Shown in pieces: positions 42,488-51,479 of a stretch of 64,000 bases of DNA; within the stretch, counting starts at the first letter, position 1, and each line of letters starts with the position of its first letter. Below the pieces are notes generated by a model that saw only the letters and a program-made list of their open reading frames with translations, made no database searches and had not been told where the DNA came from. Origin of the DNA: Acutalibacteraceae bacterium (GTDB taxonomy: Bacteria; Bacillota; Clostridia; Oscillospirales; Acutalibacteraceae). The position numbers and the translations under genes were made by a program. The stretch covers positions 339 to 64,338 of the forward strand of contig JAZRZR010000005.1 in assembly GCA_045601525.1 (NCBI GenBank), read 5' to 3'.

Positions 42488-43915
42488 ATGAAAGAAAGAG
42501 AAATTCTTACATATTGTAATCCAACACCACTGCCTAATTATCCGATAGGTATCCATTGTTTAGATTTGGAAAAGTGGGGTTATGTAAAAACACAATTTCG
42601 TGAAACTGCCGACCCCTCTGTGCTTTATGAGGATGGTGTTTGGTATTTGTATTCCTCGGCGGGTTTGATGTATTATAGCGAGGATTTTGTTACCTGGCAT
42701 CACCTTGAACTCGAACCAAAGGGACTTTATGCCCCCACCATTGTTAAGCATAGAGGAAAATTCTATTTGGCGTTTAGTTGGGGCGAACTTTATGTGGCGG
42801 ATAACCCTAAAGGTCCCTTCGAAAATATCGGTAAGTTTATTGATACAAAGGGCGAGTTTTTTAGAGTGCCTGACCCTATGCTTTTTTCTGATGATGACGA
42901 TAGGTTGTATCTTTATTATGGTATAGGTGAGTCCATCAAGTGTGTAGAACTTGATAGCCAAAACCCACAACAAGCGATAACCGAAGAGCAAATAATGTTC
43001 CGTATGGATACCGAAAATCACCCTTGGGAGCGCATTGGTGATTGGGGTGAAGACGGTACATATAGTTATATTGAAGGCCCCTGGATGATAAAAAAGGATG
43101 ATACATATTATCTTACCTATGCAGGTCCGGGTACCGAGTGGTATACCTATGCAATGGGCGCATATAAGGGTAAAAGCCCTTTAGGCCCTTGGGAATATAT
43201 GGAAACAAGCCCCTTTATAAGCGGTAATACAGGGCTTGTAAGAGGCCCCGGTCATGGCTCGGTGGTAAAGGGACCAAACGATACCTATTGGGTGTTTTAT
43301 ACATGTTGTGTTTGTTATAATTCCTTCCTTGAAAGGCGTATTGGTTATGACCCCATCGGTTTTGATGAAAAGGGTAATATCATTCCGAGAAAGCCTACCG
43401 AAATTCCTCAATTAGCCCCCGGCATCAAAAAGGATGCCTATATCGATAATAATGCGGGGTATTTTCCCCTCACACAGCGCAAAAAATGTGAGGCAAGTTC
43501 AAATTCTCCGGGCCGAGATGCTCTTTATGCTATCGATGATAATATGACTACTTTTTGGCAACCCGACCCCGAGGATAAACTTCCAACCCTCACAGTAAAA
43601 CTTTTAGCACTTCGCCCATTTGAAATTTTTTCAGCACGAGTTATATGGAGCGATATCGGCATTGATGTTCAAAAGGGCCATATGCCAGGAGCCTTCGGTT
43701 ATAAAATAGAGGCGAGGGTTAAGGATGGCGAGTGGATATGTGTTCTTGATAAAAGCGATAATGCGGTTGATATGCTCATTGATTATAATCACATAAAACA
43801 GGTTAAGGCCGATGAGGTAAGGCTTGTGATTACTAAAAAGCCTAAAAATATCGAGCCGGGTGTTGTAAACTTTACCGTGTTTGGTAAAAGACTTAAAGGA
43901 AACGAGGATAAATAA
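42488..43915 (+). CDS. glycoside hydrolase family 43-like beta-propeller protein with a C-terminal F5/8 type C (discoidin) domain; no signal peptide
   Basis: DPSVLYEDGVWYLYSS, YAPTIVKHRGKFYL and IEGPWMIKKDDTYYLTYA propeller-blade motifs. The C-terminus carries AIDDNMTTFWQP. ATG 42488; the track starts at TTG 42479. Confidence 0.7.
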   Translation: MKEREILTYCNPTPLPNYPIGIHCLDLEKWGYVKTQFRETADPSVLYEDGVWYLYSSAGLMYYSEDFVTWHHLELEPKGLYAPTIVKHRGKFYLAFSWGELYVADNPKGPFENIGKFIDTKGEFFRVPDPMLFSDDDDRLYLYYGIGESIKCVELDSQNPQQAITEEQIMFRMDTENHPWERIGDWGEDGTYSYIEGPWMIKKDDTYYLTYAGPGTEWYTYAMGAYKGKSPLGPWEYMETSPFISGNTGLVRGPGHGSVVKGPNDTYWVFYTCCVCYNSFLERRIGYDPIGFDEKGNIIPRKPTEIPQLAPGIKKDAYIDNNAGYFPLTQRKKCEASSNSPGRDALYAIDDNMTTFWQPDPEDKLPTLTVKLLALRPFEIFSARVIWSDIGIDVQKGHMPGAFGYKIEARVKDGEWICVLDKSDNAVDMLIDYNHIKQVKADEVRLVITKKPKNIEPGVVNFTVFGKRLKGNEDK

Positions 43916-43918
43916 AAA

Positions 43919-44776
43919 ATGAGATATTTGTTTTTGCGCTTTCCAAACGGAAAACCGAAGGCGGTAACTTTTAGTTACGATGATGGAGTAATGCAGGATA
44001 TCCGCCTTGCCGAAATATTTGATAAATACGGATTAAAGGCAACCTTTAATCATATGTCGGATGCATTTAAGGGTTCAAAGCTTTTGCCAAAAGAAACCAT
44101 AGTTGAAAAGTTTATAAATAAGGGGCATGAGATTGCCGTTCACGGTGCTTTTCATAAGGCAAGCGGCGCAGTAAGCTACACTTCGGGTATTGCAGATGTG
44201 CTTGATTGTAGGCGTGAACTTGAAGGCAAATACGGTATGATTATTCGCGGTATGGCTTATCCCGATTCGGGACTTGCTCACCGTTCAACAATCACCGAAT
44301 ACGAGGGTGTAAGAGATTATCTTAAGAAACTTGGTATCGCTTATGCGAGAACCACGGTTAATACCTCCGGTGCAGAAAAATTTGATTTACCGACTGATTG
44401 GTATAAATGGAACCCAACCGCCCATCACAACGATAAGGATATTTTTGAAACCATTGAAAAATTTGTGAGTTTCGATATGTCTTCGGCAACAGTTACAAGG
44501 CGTTGGCCGATGCTGCTTTATATTTGGGGACACAGCTATGAGTTTGATAATAACAATAATTGGGATAGAATAGAACAAATTTGCCAAGGCGTTTCGGGTA
44601 AGGAAGATGTGTGGTATGCCACAAATATTGAAATTTATGAGTATATTGAGGCATTCAACCGCTTATCTTTCAGTGCCGATGAAAAAATAGTATATAACCC
44701 CACCGTTAAAACCTTATGGATGGATGTTGACGGTAGGTTAATAAAAATTGAGCCCAACGAAACAATTTATTTGTAA
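43919..44776 (+). CDS. polysaccharide deacetylase (CE4-like)
   Basis: AVTFSYDDG (TFDDG-type motif), HEIAVHG and GHSYEF. Confidence 0.8.
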   Translation: MRYLFLRFPNGKPKAVTFSYDDGVMQDIRLAEIFDKYGLKATFNHMSDAFKGSKLLPKETIVEKFINKGHEIAVHGAFHKASGAVSYTSGIADVLDCRRELEGKYGMIIRGMAYPDSGLAHRSTITEYEGVRDYLKKLGIAYARTTVNTSGAEKFDLPTDWYKWNPTAHHNDKDIFETIEKFVSFDMSSATVTRRWPMLLYIWGHSYEFDNNNNWDRIEQICQGVSGKEDVWYATNIEIYEYIEAFNRLSFSADEKIVYNPTVKTLWMDVDGRLIKIEPNETIYL

Positions 44777-44791
44777 ACGAGGTAAGAATTT

Positions 44792-45907
44792 ATGAAAAAC
44801 GGAAAAATTCAGGTAGGCTTTGTAGGTGTTGGTAATATAAGTGGTATTTATCTTAAAAATATTACCAATATGTTCAAGGAAATCGAGATTATCGGTGTTT
44901 GCGACCTTGTAAGAGAAAAGGCCGAAAAGGCAGTTGAGGAATATAATATTCCGAAACTCTATAATGATATGTATGAGCTTTTTGCCGATGAAGATGTTGA
45001 CATAGTGCTTAACATCACCCGTCCTTATGAGCATTATGAGGTGACCAAGGCGGCTTTAATGGCAGGCAAACATGTGTATAGCGAAAAGCCCTTGTCACCC
45101 GATTTAGAGGAGGGCAAAGAACTTGTTAAATTAGCAAAGGAAAAGGGCTTGCTTTTAGGCGGTGCTCCCGATACCTTTATGGGCGCAGGTATTCAAACCT
45201 GCCGCAAGCTTATTGATGATGGTTATATCGGCCGTCCGATAGGCGCAAATATTAGATTTTCAACCCACGGTCCTGAAGATTGGCATCCCGATTGTGAATT
45301 TGTTTATCAATATGGCGGCGGTCCTATGCTTGATATGGGTCCTTATTATGTTACATCAATTATAAACCTATTGGGACCTGTTAAAAGGATAAATGGCGTA
45401 GCCACCAAGGCAAACGAGCAAAGACCTATGCTTTGCGGTCCTAAATACGGCAATATGATGAGCGTTGATGTTCCCACCTATGTAATGGGAACAATGGAGT
45501 TCCAAAACGGCGCAGTTGCCAATATTTTCACCACCTTTGATGTATATTCTGAAACAACATTTGAATATACTGTTTACGGTACCGAGGGTTCAATTTCGGT
45601 GCCCGACCCCAACACCTTTGGAGGCCCTGTAAAACTCTTGCGTAAGGGTATGGAAAAGGCTGAAGAAATTCCGTTGGTTTTCCGCTATCCGACAAATAGC
45701 CGTGCATTAGGCCTTGCTGATATGGCAAAGGCGCTCACAACAGGCAGAGATTTTAGAGCCAATTGTGACCAACAGTTGCATGTATTAGAGGTTATGACAG
45801 GCTTTATTCGCAGTAGTGAAGAGGGCAAACCCCTTGATATTGAAGCACCTTTTGAGCGTAAGGCGGCTATGGATGCAAACGCATTAGAAGGCATTTTGGA
45901 AGCTTAA
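44792..45907 (+). CDS. Gfo/Idh/MocA-family oxidoreductase (tandem copy 1)
   Basis: VGFVGVGNISGIY Rossmann motif and VYSEKPL motif. Confidence 0.88.
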   Translation: MKNGKIQVGFVGVGNISGIYLKNITNMFKEIEIIGVCDLVREKAEKAVEEYNIPKLYNDMYELFADEDVDIVLNITRPYEHYEVTKAALMAGKHVYSEKPLSPDLEEGKELVKLAKEKGLLLGGAPDTFMGAGIQTCRKLIDDGYIGRPIGANIRFSTHGPEDWHPDCEFVYQYGGGPMLDMGPYYVTSIINLLGPVKRINGVATKANEQRPMLCGPKYGNMMSVDVPTYVMGTMEFQNGAVANIFTTFDVYSETTFEYTVYGTEGSISVPDPNTFGGPVKLLRKGMEKAEEIPLVFRYPTNSRALGLADMAKALTTGRDFRANCDQQLHVLEVMTGFIRSSEEGKPLDIEAPFERKAAMDANALEGILEA

Positions 45908-45924
45908 GATTTGGAGGAATAACT

Positions 45925-47055
45925 ATGAAAAACGGAAAAATGCAAATCGCTTTTATCGGTGTAGGTGATATAAGCGGAATTTATCTTAAAAATATTACTG
46001 AGATGTTTCGTGAGATAGAAATTATCGGTGTTTGTGACCTTATAAGAGAAAAGGCTGAAAAGGCGGTTAAGGAATATAAAATTCCAAAACTTTATAATGA
46101 TATGTATGAGGCATTTAATGATAGCGAGGTTGATATTATTCTTAATATCACCCGTCCTCTAGAGCATTATGAGGTAACAAAGGCGGCACTTTTGGCAGGT
46201 AAGCATGTGTATAGCGAAAAGCCGCTCTCTCCAAACTTTCAAGAGGCCAAGGAATTAGTTGCTCTGGCCGAGGAGAAGGGACTTCGCTTGGGCGGCGCTC
46301 CCGATACATATTTGGGCGCAGGTATCCAAACCTGCTTAAAACTAATTAAAGATGGCTTTATTGGTAAGCCCTTTGCGGCTTATGCTCGTATGATTAACCG
46401 TGGTGCTGAGCATTTCCGTGATGATTGCCGCTTCCTTTATGAGCCCGGCGGCGGACCTTTATTTGATATGGGACCGTATTATATCACCACTCTTATGAAT
46501 ATATTTGGTCGTGTAGAGGCAATTAACGGTATGTCAACCAAGGCTATGGAGCAAAGAAGATGGCTTTGTGGAGAGCATTATGGCGAGCCCTTTGATGTTA
46601 CTACCCCCACAACAATTATGAGCAACTTAAAATTTGAGGATGGCTCTATTGCAACCTTTATAACATCTTTTGATGTTACGCACACCGAAAAATATTCATT
46701 TGAGGTTTATGGCACCGAAGGTACAATTTTAGTGCCCGACCCCAATACATTTGGCGGTCCCGTAAAGGTTATGCGCACCGACTTCACACCTGGTGTTGAA
46801 AAATGCTTTAAGGAAATCCCCGTTGTCTATAACTATCCCGAAAATAGCCGTGCATTAGGTCTTGCAGATATGGCTAAGTCTATCGTTTCGGGTAGAAAGC
46901 ACCGCGCAAACTGTTATCAGCAGTTGCATCTTGTTGAGGTAATGAACGGTATTGTTGATTCTGCTGAGCAGGGCAAAACCGTAATCACCACAACTCCTTT
47001 TGAAAAATCAGCACCGATGGATACAACAGTTCTCACAGGTTATTTGGAGGACTAA
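45925..47055 (+). CDS. Gfo/Idh/MocA-family oxidoreductase (tandem copy 2)
   Basis: IAFIGVGDISGIY and VYSEKPL motifs. It is colinear with copy 1 along its whole length, with long identical peptide runs such as EIEIIGVCDL, REKAEKAV, PKLYNDMYE and NSRALGLADMAK. Confidence 0.88.
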   Translation: MKNGKMQIAFIGVGDISGIYLKNITEMFREIEIIGVCDLIREKAEKAVKEYKIPKLYNDMYEAFNDSEVDIILNITRPLEHYEVTKAALLAGKHVYSEKPLSPNFQEAKELVALAEEKGLRLGGAPDTYLGAGIQTCLKLIKDGFIGKPFAAYARMINRGAEHFRDDCRFLYEPGGGPLFDMGPYYITTLMNIFGRVEAINGMSTKAMEQRRWLCGEHYGEPFDVTTPTTIMSNLKFEDGSIATFITSFDVTHTEKYSFEVYGTEGTILVPDPNTFGGPVKVMRTDFTPGVEKCFKEIPVVYNYPENSRALGLADMAKSIVSGRKHRANCYQQLHLVEVMNGIVDSAEQGKTVITTTPFEKSAPMDTTVLTGYLED

Positions 47056-47056
47056 A

Positions 47057-47983
47057 ATGTATATCGGCGGTATCGATATCGGCGGCACAAAGGTTATTTG
47101 TGCCGTTGCCGATGAAAATAAAAAGATTTTAAGCAAGGTCACCTTCGAAAGCCAAAAAGATAAGCCGGAGACATTTTTTCAAAAATGCATTGACAAATTA
47201 GCCGAGTGTTGCGATAATATAAACATTGAAATTAAGAACCTTTGTGGCATTGGCGTAACATTGCCGGGTATGGTGGATAACAATGGTATTCTTTTGTTTG
47301 CTCCATTTCTTGGGTGGCATAATGTTGACGCTAAGGCGATACTCCAAAGGCTTTCGGGTATTGATAACATCGAGTGTGATTGCGATGTTAATGCCTGCGC
47401 CTTGGCCGAGGCAAAGGCAGCCGATTGCGGCAGTCTTTTGTGGCTTACAGTAAGCACAGGTATCGGCGGCGCCTTTATAGAAGATAATCAAATATTTAAG
47501 GGTTATAATTTTATTGCGGGAGAGATAGGGCACACCAAGGTTGAATATGATAAACCAAGGGTTTGCTCTTGCGGTCAGTATGGTTGTGCCGAAGCACATG
47601 CATCGGGTACAGCAGTAGGCAAGATGGTTAAAGAGGCCTGCGAGAACGATAGCAGTTTTAATGCCGCATTTGAAAGTCATAACCTTTCAAAAGATGCCAA
47701 AGGCTGTGCCGCCCTTGCAAGAATGGGAAATGAAAAGGCATTGGAAATATTTGATACGGCAGGCGATTATCTCGGAAGAGCGGTTGCAAATGCCGTAAAT
47801 ATTATCAATCCAAGCGCCGTTTATATCGGCGGCGGTATGGGGGCTAATTCCTTTGATTTGTTAAGTGGTGCAATAAGGAAAAGGCTTTTAAGTGATGCGG
47901 TTGAGTTTTCAAAAAACATTCCCGTATATCCAAGTAAATTGGGTTATGAGGCGGCTTTAATAGGTGCCTTAAGCCTTATATAA
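47057..47983 (+). CDS. ROK-family sugar kinase
   Basis: MYIGGIDIGGTKV, the ROK zinc motif CSCGQYGCAEAHASG and no N-terminal HTH. ATG 47057; the track starts at 47000. Confidence 0.85.
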   Translation: MYIGGIDIGGTKVICAVADENKKILSKVTFESQKDKPETFFQKCIDKLAECCDNINIEIKNLCGIGVTLPGMVDNNGILLFAPFLGWHNVDAKAILQRLSGIDNIECDCDVNACALAEAKAADCGSLLWLTVSTGIGGAFIEDNQIFKGYNFIAGEIGHTKVEYDKPRVCSCGQYGCAEAHASGTAVGKMVKEACENDSSFNAAFESHNLSKDAKGCAALARMGNEKALEIFDTAGDYLGRAVANAVNIINPSAVYIGGGMGANSFDLLSGAIRKRLLSDAVEFSKNIPVYPSKLGYEAALIGALSLI

Positions 47984-48040
47984 ATTTAATATTCTATGTG
48001 ATGTTTGCAGGTAGGGCAACTGAACTGTGAACGGATAGAA

Positions 48041-48114
48041 CTTTGGAGAATTCCGAGCAAAACGGATGCCGAAGGGGCAAGGCGTAAGCTAATCTCTCAG
48101 GCAAAAGGACAAAG
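48041..48114 (+). promoter_or_regulatory. glycine riboswitch, single aptamer
   Basis: P1 is CUUUG...CAAAG. The conserved core is GGAGAA, UGCCGAAGGGGCAA and AAUCUCUCAGGCAAAAGGAC. It lies upstream of an alanine/glycine:cation symporter gene. Confidence 0.8.
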
Positions 48115-48138
48115 TAAAGTGGTTACACTATTATTTTA

Positions 48139-48172
48139 TTTGCCGAGGAATTTCTCGGCAAATTTTGTTTTT
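48139..48172 (+). terminator. intrinsic terminator serving as the riboswitch expression platform
   Basis: TTTGCCGAG-GAATTT-CTCGGCAAA followed by TTTTGTTTTT. The 5' arm can alternatively pair with the aptamer segment CUCAGGCAAA (48096-48105). Confidence 0.75.
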
Positions 48173-48185
48173 AGGGGAGAAAAAA

Positions 48186-49679
48186 ATGGAAAAATTTGTA
48201 GAATCACTAACAAACATAAATAGTGTAATCAATGGTTTTATTTGGGTTAAGATAGGTCTTGTTATGCTTATAGGTACAGGTATCATAACCACAATTATCA
48301 CTAAATTCTTTCAGGTTGGCCGCCTCGGTCACTGGTGGAGAGAAACGATTGTAACGGTTTTCAAAAAGGATAGCCAGGCAACCAAGAAAACTGATAAAAA
48401 GAGTATTTCGCAGTTTCAGGCGCTTTGCACTGCCTTGGCCGCAACAATCGGTACAGGTAATATTGCAGGTGTTGCCGCCGCAATCGTAATAGGTGGTCCG
48501 GGTGCTGTTTTTTGGATGTGGGTTGCTGCATTTTTCGGTATGATGACTAACTATTCCGAAAATGTACTTGGCATTTTCTACCGCCGCCGCAATAAATTGG
48601 GCGAGTGGTCGGGAGGCCCTATGTATTATTTGCGTGATGGTTTGGGCGGCAAAAAGGGCTGCAAATGGTTCGGTAAAATTTTAGCGGTGCTCTTTGCCGG
48701 CTTTGCAGTGCTTGCTTCCTTTGGTATCGGAAATATGGGACAGGTAAATAAAATCACCATCAATATTAAGGGCGCATTTTTCCCGAACAATAATTCCGAA
48801 ATATTGCCTGTTATAATCGGTCTTGTAATTATGGTGATTACTGCGGCTATCGTAATCGGCGGTCTTCAAAGAATTGCATCGGTTGCCGAAAAAATAGTGC
48901 CTGTTATGGCTGTGCTTTATGTTATTGGCGCACTTATTATTGTTATTCTTAATGTGCAAAGTTTGGGCGCTATGTTTGCTGCAATCTTTAAGTTTGCATT
49001 TATTCCTCGTGCAGCATTGGGCGGTGCGGCAGGCTATGCTATTAAGGAGGTTATGACACAGGGCTTCAAGCGTGGCGTTTTCTCGAATGAAGCAGGTCTT
49101 GGTTCATCGGTTATGGTTCACTCATCATCAAATGTAAAAGAACCTGTAAGACAGGGTATGTGGGGCATATTTGAGGTTTTCTTTGATACCATGGTTGTTT
49201 GTACTATGACCGCTGTTGTTGTTTTGTCATCAGGCCTTATCAATCTTGAAACAGGAGTAGCTAACCCCGGTGTTGATGATGCAACACTTGTAGCAAAGGT
49301 TTTCGGCACACACTTTGGCATAGCGGGTGAAATGTTTATAGCAGTTGCGATATTCCTTTTCGCCTTTACAACGGTGCTTGGTTGGTCGCAATATGGTAGT
49401 AAGGCTATCGAATATCTCTTTGGCGTAAAGGCAGTTAAGTTCTACAAAATTTTCTTTGTATTGCTTATTATGGCAGGCGCAGTTATGGAGTCATCTTTGG
49501 CATGGGATATTTCAGATACCTTTAACGGTCTTATGATGGTGCCCAACCTTATCGGTGTGGTTGTTCTTTGTCCTCAAGTGGCAAAAATCACCCAAAACTA
49601 CATAAATCGCATAATCAAGAAAAAGGATATCGACCCATTAGTTTCGGTATATTCTTCCGATGTTGATATAGATGAATAA
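48186..49679 (+). CDS. alanine/glycine:cation symporter (AGCS family)
   Basis: ISQFQALCTALAATIGTGNIAGVAAAIVIGGPGAVFWMW is the AGCS hallmark. ATG 48186 follows AGGGGAGA and lies downstream of the terminator; the track start at 48165 lies inside the terminator tail. Confidence 0.92.
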   Translation: MEKFVESLTNINSVINGFIWVKIGLVMLIGTGIITTIITKFFQVGRLGHWWRETIVTVFKKDSQATKKTDKKSISQFQALCTALAATIGTGNIAGVAAAIVIGGPGAVFWMWVAAFFGMMTNYSENVLGIFYRRRNKLGEWSGGPMYYLRDGLGGKKGCKWFGKILAVLFAGFAVLASFGIGNMGQVNKITINIKGAFFPNNNSEILPVIIGLVIMVITAAIVIGGLQRIASVAEKIVPVMAVLYVIGALIIVILNVQSLGAMFAAIFKFAFIPRAALGGAAGYAIKEVMTQGFKRGVFSNEAGLGSSVMVHSSSNVKEPVRQGMWGIFEVFFDTMVVCTMTAVVVLSSGLINLETGVANPGVDDATLVAKVFGTHFGIAGEMFIAVAIFLFAFTTVLGWSQYGSKAIEYLFGVKAVKFYKIFFVLLIMAGAVMESSLAWDISDTFNGLMMVPNLIGVVVLCPQVAKITQNYINRIIKKKDIDPLVSVYSSDVDIDE

Positions 49680-49686
49680 AAAACAA

Positions 49687-49722
49687 ACCCGATAGTCAAA
49701 TGACTATCGGGTCTATTTTTTA
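49687..49722. terminator. bidirectional terminator between convergent genes
   Basis: ACCCGATAGTC-AAAT-GACTATCGGGT hairpin with an A-rich 5' flank and TCTATTTTTTATTTT on the 3' side. Confidence 0.8.
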
Positions 49723-50436
49723 TTTTGTTTTAAGCTTATCAATTACGCCGTCGGCCTGTTTGGTGTGAAGTTCAATATCGCGACTGCTTTCAATTATTGT
49801 ACCGCCGATAACACGCTTGCCAAGGATTAGATTTTCAGGTATTTCTATGCCGTCTGCCTTGGCTTTCTCTTGTGCAATGTTGGGTAGATTTATGCTGTCG
49901 GTAAAGAAATGCTCAACTGAATTAAAGTTTGTATCGAGTTCATCAAAACGCTTTTGGTCGGTGATGAAAAGTAGAGCGTCACCCTCGCTCGAAATAATGG
50001 CCTGCAAGCGTGTGGCCATACTTCTAACATATTCAAGGTCATAAGAATCATCGGTGTTATAAGAACAGTCAATAAACTGAATATTAACCTCACCGTCGTT
50101 ATTTATATCCTCAAAATATGGAGTTAGGTAATCTTTGAAATAACCTATTTGTATATCGCTTAAAAAGGTATTGGTGTAAACTATAACCTTGGCATCATAT
50201 TTGGGCTTTAAGGCGCATTGTGTAATGCAAAATGCCATAATAATAGCCACAAGAAAAGCAATTATAATATGCACCTTATGATAAAACCAAAAGGTTTGCC
50301 ATTTGGTTTTGGTTGTAAGCACGGCTTCGGGCGCCTTTTCGGGTGTGATTTCACCCGCTTGCATTTTCTTAAGCTCGATAAAAGAGCGTTGCGCTTTTTT
50401 TCTCTCGCTCAAAATCTCGTTTTTGTTATTCGGCAT
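49720..50436 (-). CDS. hypothetical single-pass membrane protein
   Basis: A basic N-terminus, one TM helix (VHIIIAFLVAIIMAFCITQCAL), then a ~170-aa extracytoplasmic domain. It is the last gene of the minus-strand operon. Confidence 0.55.
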   Translation of the reverse strand: MPNNKNEILSERKKAQRSFIELKKMQAGEITPEKAPEAVLTTKTKWQTFWFYHKVHIIIAFLVAIIMAFCITQCALKPKYDAKVIVYTNTFLSDIQIGYFKDYLTPYFEDINNDGEVNIQFIDCSYNTDDSYDLEYVRSMATRLQAIISSEGDALLFITDQKRFDELDTNFNSVEHFFTDSINLPNIAQEKAKADGIEIPENLILGKRVIGGTIIESSRDIELHTKQADGVIDKLKTK

Positions 50437-50452
50437 TTTTTCACCTCACAAA

Positions 50453-50761
50453 TTATTTTATAAAGAATTCGGCAATAAGCACCACAGCGCAGGCAATAGC
50501 TGAAACGGGCATAAGTCCTAAATTAAAGTAAGCGGCAATTATTGCGGCAATAAGGGCTAAAATTCCCGAAAGGGTTGAATTTGTAGCCTCAATAATAGCG
50601 GGGAATGTCATAACCGCAAGGGTTACATAGGGCACATAGAAAAGGAAAGATTTAAGGAAGGGATTTTTAATTTCCCGTCTTATAAGTGTTAATGGCAACA
50701 CCCTTATCAAATAGGTAACAAGTGCCATTATAAGTATATAAATATAAATGTTATGCTGCAT
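50453..50761 (-). CDS. azlD: branched-chain amino acid transport protein AzlD
   Basis: 102-aa small hydrophobic protein (VTYLIRVLPLTLI) that overlaps the azlC-like gene. Confidence 0.75.
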   Translation of the reverse strand: MQHNIYIYILIMALVTYLIRVLPLTLIRREIKNPFLKSFLFYVPYVTLAVMTFPAIIEATNSTLSGILALIAAIIAAYFNLGLMPVSAIACAVVLIAEFFIK

Positions 50762-51479
50762 TTTTATCCTCCTCTTTCACGGGGAATAAAAGGGCGGCAG
50801 TTGCCGAAATCGCTATGGTTAAAATTATAGTGCGCATACTAAAACTAAGATTTGAAAGTACAGGTAATTTCGCAAATGCAAAGCTTAAGGCAAAGGAAAT
50901 TGCAATAAGCACCGCAATAATTCGGTTTTTGCGTGCAACAGGGATAATAATGGCGATGAACATACCGTAAAGAGCGACCGATAAAGCGCTCACAATCTTA
51001 AGGGGTAATATATTACCCGCTAAAATTCCCAAAACTGTGCCAAAGCACCAACCGGGAGACGCCATACAAAATGCTCCGTATGAATAATATGGGTTAAGGG
51101 GCTTGCCTTGTCCCATAGAAATCGAAAAGATTTCATCGGTCATAGTATAGCCAATGCCAAATCGATGTATGAAGGGCATATCTGGGGATAGGTTTTGACT
51201 GAGTGCGGCACTCATAAGCAAATATCTCGCATTGGTTACAAGGGTTATCAGTGCGGCCTCAAAGTAGGGAGCGTCGGCGGCTATAACGGTAAAGCCCGCG
51301 TATTGACCGGCAGATGCGTGATTAAGAAAGCTTGCCAAAAAGCCCTGAAAGCAGTTAAGACCGATATTAGCGGCAGCTATTCCCAAGGAAAAGGAAACCA
51401 CAAAGTAGCCGAGAAAAATCGGGATACCGTGGCGCATACCCTTAAGAAAGGCAGTTTTATTTATAGATGATACCTTCAT
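50751..51479 (-). CDS. azlC: AzlC-family branched-chain amino acid permease component
   Basis: GIPIFLGYFVVSFSLGIAA, ASAGQYA and TNARYLLMSAALS motifs. Confidence 0.85.
   Translation of the reverse strand: MKVSSINKTAFLKGMRHGIPIFLGYFVVSFSLGIAAANIGLNCFQGFLASFLNHASAGQYAGFTVIAADAPYFEAALITLVTNARYLLMSAALSQNLSPDMPFIHRFGIGYTMTDEIFSISMGQGKPLNPYYSYGAFCMASPGWCFGTVLGILAGNILPLKIVSALSVALYGMFIAIIIPVARKNRIIAVLIAISFALSFAFAKLPVLSNLSFSMRTIILTIAISATAALLFPVKEEDKNAA

Noticed and set aside
42560-43021. 153-aa minus-strand ORF. Similar antisense ORFs occur at 47198-47680, 57169-57621, 577-978, 32842-33267 and 19499-19879.
   Set aside because: All are embedded antisense in genes with strong family signatures, lack RBS or promoter context and give compositionally odd translations. 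They are shadow ORFs.
48005-48223. 72-aa ORF and the extended transporter start at 48165.
   Set aside because: Both run through the glycine riboswitch aptamer and its terminator. The real transporter start is ATG 48186, behind an AGGGGAGA RBS.
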